Shown one piece after another: positions 36,512 through 46,267 of a stretch of DNA of 64,000 bases (position 1 is the stretch's first letter; every line of letters begins with the position of its first letter). The position numbers and the translations under genes are program-made. The notes beneath the pieces are model-generated. The model ran no database searches. It worked only from the letters and a program-made list of their open reading frames with translations, and was not told the origin of the DNA. Where the stretch lies: contig JALOAI010000027.1 in the NCBI GenBank assembly GCA_023228945.1, positions 542-64,541 of the forward strand, written 5' to 3'. This DNA is from Pigmentiphaga sp. GTDB taxonomy: Bacteria; Pseudomonadota; Gammaproteobacteria; Burkholderiales; Burkholderiaceae_B.

Positions 36512-38011
36512 TTAGGCCTCGCTCATTCCCGCCGCGGGCTCGGGCGCCTTGCCGCTGCGAACCTTCTCTTCGATGCGCCGGCCGACATCGGCGTCGACGC
36601 TCTTCCAGTACTCGAAGGCGCGTTCGAGCACCGGGCTGCGCACGCCGCCGAGCAGGGCGCCGGCTACCGTTTCGATGAGCTGGGCGCGTTGGGCGTCGTT
36701 GAACACCTCGCGCACCAACGCGCCGGGTTGGCCGAAGTCGTCGTCTTCGGCATGCAGGTTGTAGGCGCTGCGCACCATGTCGCCGTCGGTTTCCCAGCCG
36801 TCTTCCATCTTGCCGGTTTCGTCGGCCCAGCTGCGGTCGTGGGAGTTGGGCGCATACACGGGCTTGTTGCCGCTGTGCTCATAGGCCATCTGGCCGTCGA
36901 ACATATACGTGTTGACGGGTACCTTGGGCTTGTTGACCGGCAACTGGTGGAAGTTGGTGCCGATGCGGTTGCGCTGCGCGTCGGCGTAGGCAAAGGCGCG
37001 CCCCAGCAGCATTTTGTCGGGAGAAAGCCCGATGCCGGGCACGGTATTGCCCGGCGAGAACGCCGCCTGCTCGATCTCGGCGAAGAAGTTCTCCGGATTG
37101 CGATTGAGCGTCATTTTGCCCACTTCGATCAGGGGATAGTCTTTGTGCGACCAGGTTTTGGTGAGATCGAAGGGATTGAAGCGATACGTTTTGGCGTCGG
37201 TGTAGGGCATTACCTGGACCGACATGATCCAACTGGGATGATCACCGCGGGCAATGGCATCGAACAGGTCGCGGCGATGATAGTCGGCGTCGAGGCCGGC
37301 TTTTTCTTGGGCCTGGGCGTTGCTGAAGAACTCCATGCCCTGCTGGGTATGGAAGTGGTACTTGACCCAGAACCGCTCGCCCTTGGCGTTGATCCACATA
37401 TAGGTGTGCGAGCCGTAGCCGTTCATGTGGCGCCAGGTGCGCGGCAGGCCGCGTTCGCCCATGAGGTAGGTGACCTGGTGGGCGGTTTCGGGATTGTTGG
37501 TCCAGAAGTCCCACTGCATGTGGTTGTCGCGCAGGCCCGAATCCGGCAGGCGCTTTTGGCTGCGGATGAAGTGCGGGAACTTCATGGGATCGCGCACGAA
37601 GAAGATCGGCGTGTTGTTGCCGACCAGATCGTAGTTGCCTTCGCTGGTGTAGAACTTGAGCGAGAAGCCGCGCACGTCGCGCCAGGTATCGGGGCTGCCC
37701 GCCTCGCCGGCCACGGTGGAGAAGCGCGCGAGCATTTCGGTGGAACAGCCCTTTTGGAACAGTGCGGCCTTGGTGTAGGCCGAGACATCGGCGGTGGTTT
37801 CGAAAACCCCGAAAGCGCCGGATCCTTTGGCGTGCGGCTGCCGCTCGGGCACTTTCTCGCGATTGAAGTGCGCCATCTGCTCGAGAAAATGAACATCGTG
37901 GAGCAGGATGGGGCCGTTGGCGCCCAAGGTAAGCGAGTTGCGATCGCTGGGAGCCGGAGCTCCGGATCCCATGGTCGAGCCGGTGGCGGCGCTGTCTTTC
38001 GGAGTTGACAT
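36512..38011 (-). CDS. katA: monofunctional haem catalase (small-subunit type)
   Basis: [23 protein letters not shown]...RFSTVAGE...RGFSLKFYT...PIFFVRDP are the catalase proximal and distal motifs. Confidence 0.95.
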   Translation of the reverse strand: MSTPKDSAATGSTMGSGAPAPSDRNSLTLGANGPILLHDVHFLEQMAHFNREKVPERQPHAKGSGAFGVFETTADVSAYTKAALFQKGCSTEMLARFSTVAGEAGSPDTWRDVRGFSLKFYTSEGNYDLVGNNTPIFFVRDPMKFPHFIRSQKRLPDSGLRDNHMQWDFWTNNPETAHQVTYLMGERGLPRTWRHMNGYGSHTYMWINAKGERFWVKYHFHTQQGMEFFSNAQAQEKAGLDADYHRRDLFDAIARGDHPSWIMSVQVMPYTDAKTYRFNPFDLTKTWSHKDYPLIEVGKMTLNRNPENFFAEIEQAAFSPGNTVPGIGLSPDKMLLGRAFAYADAQRNRIGTNFHQLPVNKPKVPVNTYMFDGQMAYEHSGNKPVYAPNSHDRSWADETGKMEDGWETDGDMVRSAYNLHAEDDDFGQPGALVREVFNDAQRAQLIETVAGALLGGVRSPVLERAFEYWKSVDADVGRRIEEKVRSGKAPEPAAGMSEA

Positions 38012-38164
38012 GACGTACCTCTGAGATGATGCAGGTGCGGGGAAGACCAGCGGTGGATGAAGAACGAACCGCTCTACGATACATTAGTTACCGGACAACA
38101 TGAAGGCAGCGTGTAACGAATACCGCCAGTGCGGAGCCCGGCGCCGGCCGAAAAGCCCGGGGCC

Positions 38165-39685
38165 TTACGACGGCCCGTCGCCGCCGTGCGCCAGCCTGTC
38201 ATTCACCTTGTCGATGTTCGTCCGGTGGGCGTCGAGCATTTCGCCCAGCTCGTGCACGATCTCGGGATCGGCCACCATCGGCATCAGCTCGCGCAGTTTC
38301 CGTACCACCCAGCCCTGGCCACGGTTGAGGAAGGCCAGGCGTTCGGGGAGATCGCCGATGCCGATGGCCTTGTCGTAGAAGGCGCCGGTGCGCGTGCTGG
38401 GTGTGCCATGCAGTTTGCGGATCTGGCGAGCCAGCATGGCGCACCACTTGACTTCGTCGTGATGGACGAGGTCGACCAGCTCGCGCAGCGAGTCATCCTG
38501 GAGCTCGGCGGCGGTACGCAAGGTGAGGCGGGCGCCGGCCCGCTCCGCTTCCAGCAGTTCGTCGAGCCGGGCCAGGATCTGCGGCCGAAGCGCTTCCGTT
38601 GTTTGATCGTCACCCGTTTCGTCGGCGTAGCACACCGGCGAAGCCACTCCCACCGCGGCTCGGCGCGCCTTACCGCGAGCCGCGACTGCCTCGGCCACGA
38701 TGCTGGCCACGCGTTGGCCGGCGGGCACGATCTCGCGGATATGCTCGACACCGCAACCCGCATACAGCGCCATGGCCTCGTAATCGCCGGTCATCGTCCG
38801 GAGCGGGGAGTCGGTGCTGAATAGATAGATGGGGCGCTCGAGCTCATGGCCGATAACGGTGGCCGGACTGCGGAACGGATCGCCGCGCTGGCCGCTGGTG
38901 ACGCTGTTCTTGAGCACCCGGACCGGTGCGTTTGGCGGCCAGTTGACGTGAAAAGCCTCGGTGAGAATTGTGTCGGTGGCCCGGGCCTGGACGACGCGCA
39001 ATTTGTGGAAATCGTGCGCGAAAGACTCGCGGGTGGCCAAGAGCGCGGTGCCCAAGACCGCCGCCTGGGCGCCCTGCGTCAGCAGCCGGGCAACATCCGC
39101 GCCCGCGGCGATGCCACCGGCGGCTGCCACCGGAATGCCGGCCACGGCCAGGACTTTCGGCAGCAGCTCGTCAAGGCCTTGGCGACTGCGAACGTGGCCG
39201 CCGGCTTCGGTGCCCTGGACGATCAAAGCGTGGGCGCCCGCTTCCTGGGCCTGCAAGGCCTCGGCCACGGAACCCACCTGATGGACGACTTTGATGCCGG
39301 CCGCGCGCAATGCGCCGATCACCGAGGGCGAGACGTTCCAGAACAGGCCCACCACCGGCACCGCCAAGGCGATGCAGAGCTCGACCTGCCGCGTCAGGAG
39401 TCCGGGCTCGGTGGCGGCTGGAATCAGGTTCACGCCAAAGGCCGCGGAGGTGCCTTGCCGGACTTTGGCCACTTCTTCCTGGATGAGCTCCGGCGGCTCG
39501 CGCACCATGCCCAGGAAGCCGAACGCGCCCGCCAGCGTGACCGCCGTGACCAGCTCCGCCCGGGCCACGCCGCCCATGCCGGCCAGAATCAAGGGATAAC
39601 GGCAGCCGAGCAGATCGCAGAGCGGTGTGTGTAGCAGATCGTCGGAGAGCTCGTCGACGGAGGGTAGCGGCATGGCGGGCCTCAT
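38165..39685 (-). CDS. nitronate monooxygenase (NMO/2-nitropropane dioxygenase-like) with about 150-aa helical C-terminal extension
   Basis: YPLILAGMGGVA...GVNLI...IVQGTEAGGH...AAGGIA is a TIM-barrel FMN enzyme. The C-terminal part, LDELLEAERAGARL...DEVKWCAMLARQI...LAFLNRGQGWVVRKL, resembles a separate domain I remember as DUF6306 (unverified). Confidence 0.8.
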   Translation of the reverse strand: MRPAMPLPSVDELSDDLLHTPLCDLLGCRYPLILAGMGGVARAELVTAVTLAGAFGFLGMVREPPELIQEEVAKVRQGTSAAFGVNLIPAATEPGLLTRQVELCIALAVPVVGLFWNVSPSVIGALRAAGIKVVHQVGSVAEALQAQEAGAHALIVQGTEAGGHVRSRQGLDELLPKVLAVAGIPVAAAGGIAAGADVARLLTQGAQAAVLGTALLATRESFAHDFHKLRVVQARATDTILTEAFHVNWPPNAPVRVLKNSVTSGQRGDPFRSPATVIGHELERPIYLFSTDSPLRTMTGDYEAMALYAGCGVEHIREIVPAGQRVASIVAEAVAARGKARRAAVGVASPVCYADETGDDQTTEALRPQILARLDELLEAERAGARLTLRTAAELQDDSLRELVDLVHHDEVKWCAMLARQIRKLHGTPSTRTGAFYDKAIGIGDLPERLAFLNRGQGWVVRKLRELMPMVADPEIVHELGEMLDAHRTNIDKVNDRLAHGGDGPS

Positions 39686-39830
39686 GAAGCGGTGGTAGGG
39701 GGCGCCGGTCAGGCGGCGTTCGCAAGGCCCGCGGGGGCGGCCTCGGCATGAGCCTTATTTTTGGCCTGGGTTTCATGGTTGGCAAACGAATTATTATTTG
39801 AATTGAGACCAAAATAATTGTTATGAAATC

Positions 39831-40727
39831 GTGGATATCGAGCTTGCCCGCACCTTCTTGGCCGTGGTCGATGCCGGCAGCTTCATCGCGGCCGCCGAAC
39901 GCCTGCATCTGACCCAGACCGCGGTCAGCGCCCGCATCCGCACCTTGGAACAGCAATTCGGCAGGCTGCTGTTCGTGCGTAATAAGGCGGGGGCGCGCCT
40001 CACGCCGGCGGGCGAGCGCTTCGTGCGCTATGCCGTCAGTCTGGTGCAGGGCTGGGAGCGGGCGCGCCAGCATGTGGCGCTGCCGCCGGGCCGGGAAGCG
40101 GGGCTGAGCCTCGGAGCGGAATTCAGTATCTGGCATCCGCTGCTGGCCGATTGGCTGGCCTGGATGCATCACGTGTGCCCCGAGGTGGCCCTGAGGACCG
40201 AAGTGGAGACGCCGCAGCGTCTGCTTGATGGCGTGCAGGACGGCTCTCTCGACATGGCGCTGCTCTACAGCCCGCCGCAGCGACCGGGCCTGGTGTGCGA
40301 GCTTCTGTTGGAAGAAAAGCTGGTGATGGTCACCACCGCCGCGGATGGCATGTTGCGCTGGAGCGAGTATGTGGACGTGGATTGGGGCGCGGCATTCGCC
40401 GCCAACCGCGAGGCGGCCTTTCCGGATCGCCCCAATCCGCCGGTGGCGATTTCGCTGGGGCCGCTGGCGCTTTCCTATCTCCTGCAGGTGGGCGGCACGG
40501 GATACTTTCGCGCGGGCAGCATCACGGATTTGATTCGTGATGGCGTGTTGTTCCGGGTCCGGGGGGCGCCCGAGTTCTCCCATTCGGCGTATGTCGTGTA
40601 TGCCGCCCAATACGACGGCGAGGTGCTATCGCGGGCCCGTGAAGGGCTGCACGTGGTGGCCCGTCGTCAAACGGAGCGGGAGGTGCCGGCCCTTCCGGCC
40701 CGGGATAGGTACGCACCGGGATCGTAG
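39831..40727 (+). CDS. LysR-family transcriptional regulator
   Basis: [52 protein letters not shown] start. Divergent from the NMO gene. Confidence 0.85.
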   Translation: MDIELARTFLAVVDAGSFIAAAERLHLTQTAVSARIRTLEQQFGRLLFVRNKAGARLTPAGERFVRYAVSLVQGWERARQHVALPPGREAGLSLGAEFSIWHPLLADWLAWMHHVCPEVALRTEVETPQRLLDGVQDGSLDMALLYSPPQRPGLVCELLLEEKLVMVTTAADGMLRWSEYVDVDWGAAFAANREAAFPDRPNPPVAISLGPLALSYLLQVGGTGYFRAGSITDLIRDGVLFRVRGAPEFSHSAYVVYAAQYDGEVLSRAREGLHVVARRQTEREVPALPARDRYAPGS

Positions 40728-40839
40728 GCCCGGTAAAGGAAGACTCTGGCGCGGCCATGCGCCGCGTGGCCGCGGGTGTCCCTACAATAACGTGATGGGT
40801 GGAGAAACCGTCTCCATCGATTTCGGAGCCTGTCCGGCC

Positions 40840-41769
40840 ATGTCGTCTTCCGTGTCATCGCAAACCGCAGTTGAGCAGCTTTTACCCCGGCCCTTGACCT
40901 TCGATGTGGTCTCGGTGCAGTCGCAAGTGGTTTACGGCCGGGTGGGCAATAACGTTGCCGTGCCCACCCTGGGGGCGCTGGGCCTGTCGGTGGCCGCGGT
41001 GCCCACCGTGGTGCTGAGCAATACACCGCACTATCCAACGATGCACGGTGGCGCCATGCCGCTGGAGTGGTTCGAGGGCTATTTGCAAGATTTATCGGCG
41101 CGCGGCGCTTTGGGGGCCTTGCGGGCGGTGGTGGTCGGATATCTGGGCAACCCCGCCCAAGCCGAGGCGCTGGCGGGCTGGTGCGAGGCGATGCTTGCCG
41201 AACGCCCCGACGTCCGGATCGTCATCGATCCGGTGATTGGCGACCACGATCATGGCATTTACGTCGATCCCGGCATGATCGACGCTTACCGGCGCCATCT
41301 CTTGCCCCGCGCTCATGGCCTGACGCCCAATGGCTTTGAGCTGGAGCACCTGACGGGCCGAACCGTCACCAATATGGCGGAGACGGTGGCTGCCGCGCGC
41401 ACGCTCCTGGTGGGTGGAACCCAGTGGGTCGCGGTGACCAGCGCCGCACCCGAAGCCTGGCCCGGTGGGCGGATGCAGGTGGTGTTTGTGACTCGCGCGG
41501 AGGCATACGTTATCACCCATGCGCGCCTGGACGTCACGCCCAAGGGCACCGGCGATCTGTTCAGCGCCGCCCTGACCGGGCATTGGCTCAACGGTGTTGC
41601 CTTGCCCGAGTGCGCCGCCAGGGCCTGCCAGCAGATCGTGCGGGCCTTGCGCCTCACCGCCGAGCAGCATTGTGCCGAACTCCTGCTGCCGCCGATGCTG
41701 GGCGGCGACGAGAGAGACGAGGGCGGCGACATGCCGTCTTGCGAGCGCTTGCCAGGGCCGGACTCCTGA
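40840..41769 (+). CDS. pdxY: pyridoxal kinase (PdxY-like, ribokinase fold)
   Basis: [26 protein letters not shown]...VVGYLGN...IDPVIGD...[12 protein letters not shown]...[11 protein letters not shown]. Confidence 0.8.
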   Translation: MSSSVSSQTAVEQLLPRPLTFDVVSVQSQVVYGRVGNNVAVPTLGALGLSVAAVPTVVLSNTPHYPTMHGGAMPLEWFEGYLQDLSARGALGALRAVVVGYLGNPAQAEALAGWCEAMLAERPDVRIVIDPVIGDHDHGIYVDPGMIDAYRRHLLPRAHGLTPNGFELEHLTGRTVTNMAETVAAARTLLVGGTQWVAVTSAAPEAWPGGRMQVVFVTRAEAYVITHARLDVTPKGTGDLFSAALTGHWLNGVALPECAARACQQIVRALRLTAEQHCAELLLPPMLGGDERDEGGDMPSCERLPGPDS

Positions 41770-41770
41770 C

Positions 41771-42793
41771 ATGGGAAATCTAGCGCTCGCGCGTAGCCAC
41801 CAGTTCCTCCCAACTTGCGTCGAACAACGACAAGAAGCGCATGGCCACTTGCGACAAAGGTTTGTGCCTGTGGCCTTCTCCACAATGGCGCAAGCCGCGT
41901 GGCCGGAACGACCGATCAAAATCGTCGTGCCCTATGGCCCCGGCTCCACGCCGGACGCGTTGGCTCGGGTGATCTTCGAGCAGGTTTCCACGACCACCGG
42001 CCAGCCGGCGATCATCGAGAATCGGCCGGGGGGCGCGGGCATGATTGGTGCAGCCGCCGTCGCCAAGGCAACGCCCGATGGCTACACACTGCTGCTCAGC
42101 GCCGCGGGGCCGCTGGTAACCAACACGCTGCTGTACTCGTCGATGACCTACGACCCCCTGAATGATCTTTCCCCTATCGCGCTCGTGGCCGAAACGCCCA
42201 CGGTTCTTGTTAAGAGCCGCGGGGTCAAATCCCAGAACATCACCGATCTGCTTCAGGAAATGAAAGCCCGTGAGGATGACTTCGCCTACGCCTCGGCGGG
42301 AAATGGCACCTTGGGCCACTTATCCATGGCGTACCTGGTTTCCAAAGCCGACGCTGCCATTCCACACGTCCCTTACGGGGGTTCACCACAGATCCTGACG
42401 TCCATGGTAGCGGATGACATTCAACTCGCTTCCTTGCCTCCGCTGGCGGTCGCTCCTCTGATCAGCGCCGGCCGCATTGAACCAGTAGCCGTGATCGGGC
42501 CGCGCCGCAATGCCTTGTTGCCAGAGCTGGCCACGTTGCAGGAACAAGGTCTTGATTTTGCTCCCGTCGGTTGGTTCGGCGTTGCCGCCCCTGCCGGTGT
42601 TCCAGCCGATGTCGCAGGGAGAATCTATGAAGCCATTGCCAAAGCTTTGGAATCCGACACGGTGAAGGCCTATTACCAAGCGCAGGGCATGGATATCACC
42701 AGCTTGGGGCCTGCTGCGTTCGCCGACTATCTTCAGAACGAGCTGAAGCTGTGGAAACCGGTCGTGGAAGAAAACAGGATCTCACTGGACTAA
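41771..42793 (+). CDS. Bug-family (tripartite tricarboxylate transporter) substrate-binding protein
   Basis: WPERPIKIVVPYGPGSTPDALARV...ENRPGGAGMIGAAAVAKATPDGYTLL. The start is uncertain (ATG 41771, TTG 41849). The signal-peptide h-region, FVPVAFSTMAQA, is unusually short. Confidence 0.75.
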   Translation: MGNLALARSHQFLPTCVEQRQEAHGHLRQRFVPVAFSTMAQAAWPERPIKIVVPYGPGSTPDALARVIFEQVSTTTGQPAIIENRPGGAGMIGAAAVAKATPDGYTLLLSAAGPLVTNTLLYSSMTYDPLNDLSPIALVAETPTVLVKSRGVKSQNITDLLQEMKAREDDFAYASAGNGTLGHLSMAYLVSKADAAIPHVPYGGSPQILTSMVADDIQLASLPPLAVAPLISAGRIEPVAVIGPRRNALLPELATLQEQGLDFAPVGWFGVAAPAGVPADVAGRIYEAIAKALESDTVKAYYQAQGMDITSLGPAAFADYLQNELKLWKPVVEENRISLD

Positions 42794-42805
42794 ATTGACG
42801 TTTAA

Positions 42806-43489
42806 TCAGGGCTCCCGGCGCCGGGTGCCGGGCAGCACGTAGCGCCGTTCCAGGTGGCGCGCCGCAAGTACCACCAGCGACACCAGCAACAGGTAGACGG
42901 CGCCCGCCACCAGATAGGCATCGAAGAAGCGGAAGCTGCGCACCGCGAGATCCTGCATCTGCGCGAAGAACTCCGTGTACTGGATCAGGAAGGCCACCGA
43001 ACTATCCTTGACGTTGAGGATGGCCTGGTTGGACAGCGCCGGCACCGACAGGCGCATCACCTGCGGCAGGGTGATCAGCCGGAACACCTGGCCATCGCTG
43101 AAGCCCTGGGCGCGCGCGGCCTGGAGTTCGTCGGGATCCAGGCCGCGATAGGCCGTGGCCAGATAGCGGGCGTTATAGGCCGAGACGTTCATGGTAAAGC
43201 CGATGATGGACACGGTAAGCGGCGACATCTGCACGCCCCATTGCGGCAGGCCGTAGTACATCAGGAACAGCAGGACGATCAGCGGCGTGCCGATGAAAAA
43301 CGAAATGTAGGCTTCGGTGAGCCGGCGGCAGACACGGTTGGCGCTGAGGCTGAGATAGAACACCAGAATGCCGCCCAGCAGGCCGGTGATGGTGACGATC
43401 ACCGCCAGCAGCACGGTGTTGCCGAGCCCGGACAGCACTTGCGGCCAGTAATCGGCCATCCGTTGCAGGAAGGCGAGCATGCTGCTCAC
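42806..43489 (-). CDS. polar amino-acid ABC transporter permease
   Basis: HisM/GlnP-type permease with the EAA-like loop AARAQGFSDGQVFRLITLPQ. Confidence 0.85.
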   Translation of the reverse strand: MSSMLAFLQRMADYWPQVLSGLGNTVLLAVIVTITGLLGGILVFYLSLSANRVCRRLTEAYISFFIGTPLIVLLFLMYYGLPQWGVQMSPLTVSIIGFTMNVSAYNARYLATAYRGLDPDELQAARAQGFSDGQVFRLITLPQVMRLSVPALSNQAILNVKDSSVAFLIQYTEFFAQMQDLAVRSFRFFDAYLVAGAVYLLLVSLVVLAARHLERRYVLPGTRRREP

Positions 43490-44244
43490 GGCGCGGCCTC
43501 GGTCGGGGCGCGTTCCTCGCGCTCCTGGCGGAAGAAGGCGCGCACGCGCGGGTCGGCATGCTCGCCAAAGAGGTCCTCGGCGTTGCCTTCGAGGAGGATG
43601 CGGCCCTGGTCCAGGAACAGCAGCCGCCCGCCCACGGCCCGCGCCAGATAGAGGTCGTGGGTGACGCAGAGCATCGACACGCCGTCGCGGCGCAATTGCT
43701 GCAGGATGTTGACGACTTCACGCGCCATCAGGGGATCCAGGGCCGAGGTGGGCTCGTCGAAGAACAGCACGGCGGGATCCATGGCCAGCGCGCGGGCGAT
43801 CGCCACGCGCTGCTTTTGGCCACCAGACAACTGGCTGGGGTACTTGCGCTCATGCTCGACCATGTTCATGCGGCGTAACTCCTGCCGGGCGCGTTCATCG
43901 GCTTCGGCGGCGGACATGCCGCGCAGCTTGCGCAGCCCGAGGGTGACGTTTTGCAGCGCGGTGAGGTGGCGGTACAGGGCGAAATGCTGGAAGACGAAGC
44001 CGATGCGCTGGCGCAGCGCCCGAACGTCGGTATCGGGGCGGAGGATGTCTTCACCCTGGAAAATGACTTGTCCGGAGGTGGGCGTGGCGAGCCGGTTCAG
44101 GCAGCGCAAGAGGGTGGACTTGCCCGATCCCGATGGCCCCATCACGACCTTGAGTTCGCCCTCCGCCAGATCGAAGTCGACGCCGTCGAGGGCGTTGCGG
44201 CCCTCGTAGGTCATGATCAGGTTGCGCACCGTCAGCAGGGGCAT
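43486..44244 (-). CDS. polar amino-acid ABC transporter ATP-binding protein
   Basis: GPSGSGKST, LSGGQKQRVAIARAL, VLFFDEPTSALD. Confidence 0.9.
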   Translation of the reverse strand: MPLLTVRNLIMTYEGRNALDGVDFDLAEGELKVVMGPSGSGKSTLLRCLNRLATPTSGQVIFQGEDILRPDTDVRALRQRIGFVFQHFALYRHLTALQNVTLGLRKLRGMSAAEADERARQELRRMNMVEHERKYPSQLSGGQKQRVAIARALAMDPAVLFFDEPTSALDPLMAREVVNILQQLRRDGVSMLCVTHDLYLARAVGGRLLFLDQGRILLEGNAEDLFGEHADPRVRAFFRQEREERAPTEAAP

Positions 44245-44250
44245 GGTTCT

Positions 44251-44904
44251 TCAGTGTCCGGTCAGCCCGGGAACGCGGTAGCGCTTTTCGAGCGCCCAGA
44301 CCGCGGAGACCAGGATCTTGTAGATGGCGAAGTACAGCAGCCCGACGCCCAGGTAGATCTCTACGCCGCGCAGCGTGGCGGCCGAGAGCGCCATGGCTTC
44401 TTTCATGACGTCGGGGATGCCCACCGTATAGGCGAAGGGCGAATATTTGAGCACGGTGGTGAACTCGTTGATCATGCCGGGCACGGCAAAGCGCAGCATC
44501 TGCGGCAGTTCGATGTGCAGCAGCACCTGCAGCCGGCTCATACCCATGGCCTCGGCGGCCAGGACCTCATTGCGATCGACCGAATCGAAGGCGCCGCGGA
44601 ACACTTCGCCCAGGTAGGCGCCGGCGATCACGCCCAGGCTGAGCATCATCGACACCAGGGGCGGCACGCGCAGGCCCAGATTGGGCAGACCGAAGAACAC
44701 GATGAACAGCAGCACCAGCACCGGCAGGCCGCGGAAGACGTAGGTAAAGGTGCGCAGCAACGGTTGGAGTGGCCGCCAGTCCAGGCGGTAGAGCATGGCG
44801 ATCGCCAGCCCCACGACCATACCGGTGGCGCTGCAGGCCACAGTGACCATCAGCGTATAGCCGGTGCCCTTGAACAGCAGCGCCAGGATCTGCAGGAAAT
44901 CCAT
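44251..44904 (-). CDS. polar amino-acid ABC transporter permease
   Basis: Second HisQ/GlnP-type permease: AAEAMGMSRLQVLLHIELPQ. Confidence 0.85.
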   Translation of the reverse strand: MDFLQILALLFKGTGYTLMVTVACSATGMVVGLAIAMLYRLDWRPLQPLLRTFTYVFRGLPVLVLLFIVFFGLPNLGLRVPPLVSMMLSLGVIAGAYLGEVFRGAFDSVDRNEVLAAEAMGMSRLQVLLHIELPQMLRFAVPGMINEFTTVLKYSPFAYTVGIPDVMKEAMALSAATLRGVEIYLGVGLLYFAIYKILVSAVWALEKRYRVPGLTGH

Positions 44905-44938
44905 CGTCCAGTGGTCGTTTTTTCAGCCTCCGCGCGGC

Positions 44939-45085
44939 CGCCCGAAGGAGGCTGAAGCCCCCTCGGGGGGCAGCGAACGCAGTGAGCGTGGGGGCAGTTT
45001 TATCTTTCCGCTCGGTCGCCCGAAGGAGGCTGAAGCGCCCTTGGGGGGCAGCGAACGCAGTGAGCGTGGGGGCAGTTTCATCTCA
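44939..45085. repeat. two tandem copies of a roughly 69-bp element (78-bp period) between the binding-protein and permease genes
   Basis: Copy 1 is 44939-45007 and copy 2 is 45017-45085: CGCCCGAAGGAGGCTGAAGC(C/G)CCCT(C/T)GGGGGGCAGCGAACGCAGTGAGCGTGGGGGCAGTTT... There are about 6 mismatches. Each copy holds a GCCCCC/GGGGGC hairpin, and copy 1 is extended by the 8-bp inverted repeat CAGCCTCC...GGAGGCTG (44924-44954). Confidence 0.8.
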
Positions 45086-45094
45086 GGCGCTAGT

Positions 45095-45838
45095 TCAATC
45101 GAGCCATTTGTCGATCAGGGCCTGGCGGTCTTCGGGCTTGAGTTCGTTGCTAAGGTATTCGTCGACGTCTTCGCGCAGCTTGCTGCCTTTGGGAAAGGCG
45201 AAGCCGAAACGATCGAAGCCGGTGAACACGTAGCTGTCGCGCACGGGCAGCGTTTTGCGGTACACCGAGGCCACCGTGCCGTCGAGAAAGGCGAGGTCTA
45301 GGTTGCCGTTCTGCAGATCGGCCAGCACTTCGTTGTACGAGGGATAGAGCTTGACCTGGTCGAGGTTGTAGATGCCCTTGGGCTGCAGATCGTTGCGAAT
45401 GAAGTCGCTGTAGGCCATGCCGCGCGGATAGCCGATGCTGTATTGCTTGAGTTCGGAAAGGTCGTCCAGCTCGATGTTGCGGCTGTTCAGGCTGACCAAG
45501 TTCCAGGTGTTCTCCATATAGGGCTGGGAGAAATCCATCACTTCCTTGCGGGCATCGGTGATCGAAATCCCTGAAAAAGCGACATCGACCTGTTTGCTGA
45601 CCACCGCGCCCAGCATGCCTTGCCAATCGTAGGCGGTGATCTGCAAAGTGCAGCCGCGAGCCTTGCAATAGCCTTCGAAGAGTTCGAGGTCGAGCCCGAC
45701 GGTACGGCCGTTTTCTTCATACAAATTGGGCGGCGAAGCCGGGGTCACGGCAACCCGAATGACGTTGTCGGCGTCTTTGGAAGAGCAGCCGGCCAAGAAC
45801 AACAGGACGATACCGAGCAGAGCGGTGATGCCACGCAT
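45095..45838 (-). CDS. polar amino-acid ABC transporter substrate-binding lipoprotein
   Basis: MRGITALLGIVLLFLAGCSS has a perfect lipobox. The family-3 SBP core is present (DVAFSGISITDARKEVMDFSQPY). Confidence 0.85.
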   Translation of the reverse strand: MRGITALLGIVLLFLAGCSSKDADNVIRVAVTPASPPNLYEENGRTVGLDLELFEGYCKARGCTLQITAYDWQGMLGAVVSKQVDVAFSGISITDARKEVMDFSQPYMENTWNLVSLNSRNIELDDLSELKQYSIGYPRGMAYSDFIRNDLQPKGIYNLDQVKLYPSYNEVLADLQNGNLDLAFLDGTVASVYRKTLPVRDSYVFTGFDRFGFAFPKGSKLREDVDEYLSNELKPEDRQALIDKWLD

Positions 45839-46013
45839 GGGTGCCTCGCTTGTGGGGATGAAGAAGACGTGCCAAAAAAACCAGCTCAGCGATGGTAGCA
45901 GACTCTTTTTGTGCCCGGAATCACCGAAATATGGGAGATGTTGTTATGATTGCCGTTGTGGCGATACGCTAGACAGCGTAGCGTCTACATTGCGTCCGGC
46001 AAAGTGCCGGCGT

Positions 46014-46213
46014 GGGATCGGGAGAGTTCGTGCCAGTTTGCGCTGGCCGGCGCCGAAGGAGCAACCGCCCCGGAATCTCTCAGGCCAATGGACCGGACCA
46101 CGAGCGAACGCACTCTGAAGAGAACTGGGCGGCATCGTCGGCCCAGCGCACCGAAGGAGCAAGCGAGGCGTCCTCCACGCCTCGTGAATCTCTCAGGTTC
46201 CAAACAGAGGGGG
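46014..46213 (+). promoter_or_regulatory. tandem glycine riboswitch (two aptamers)
   Basis: Aptamer 1 reads GGGAGAG..(P3)..GGCGCCGAAGGAGCAACCGCCCCGGAATCTCTCAGGCCAATGGACCGG. Aptamer 2 reads CACTCTGAAGAGAAC....GCGCACCGAAGGAGCAAGCGAGG...GAATCTCTCAGGTTCCAAACAGAGGGG. Both carry the conserved GGAGAG / ACCGAAGGrGCAA / CUCUCAGG / GGAC-or-ACAG cores of the gcvT motif. It ends 55 nt before the ATG of the next gene. Confidence 0.85.
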
Positions 46214-46267
46214 TGTCCGTCACACAGCCGTGTGCGGGCTACTTTCCCCGACGGTTGGAGCCTATTC

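Noticed and set aside
41594-41770. Upstream extension of the Bug-family ORF overlapping pdxY
   Set aside because: The extension overlaps the 3' end of pdxY in another frame and adds no signal-peptide-like sequence. The start was moved to 41771 or later.
44939-45085. Possible CRISPR array
   Set aside because: There are only two directly adjacent copies with a 9-bp junction, no unique spacers of CRISPR size, and no cas genes in the window.
44864-45301. 145-aa plus-strand ORF translating the tandem repeat as ..GGSERSERGGSF.. twice
   Set aside because: It is antisense to the ABC operon and overlaps the 3' end of the SBP gene. The internal protein repeat is just the DNA repeat read through.
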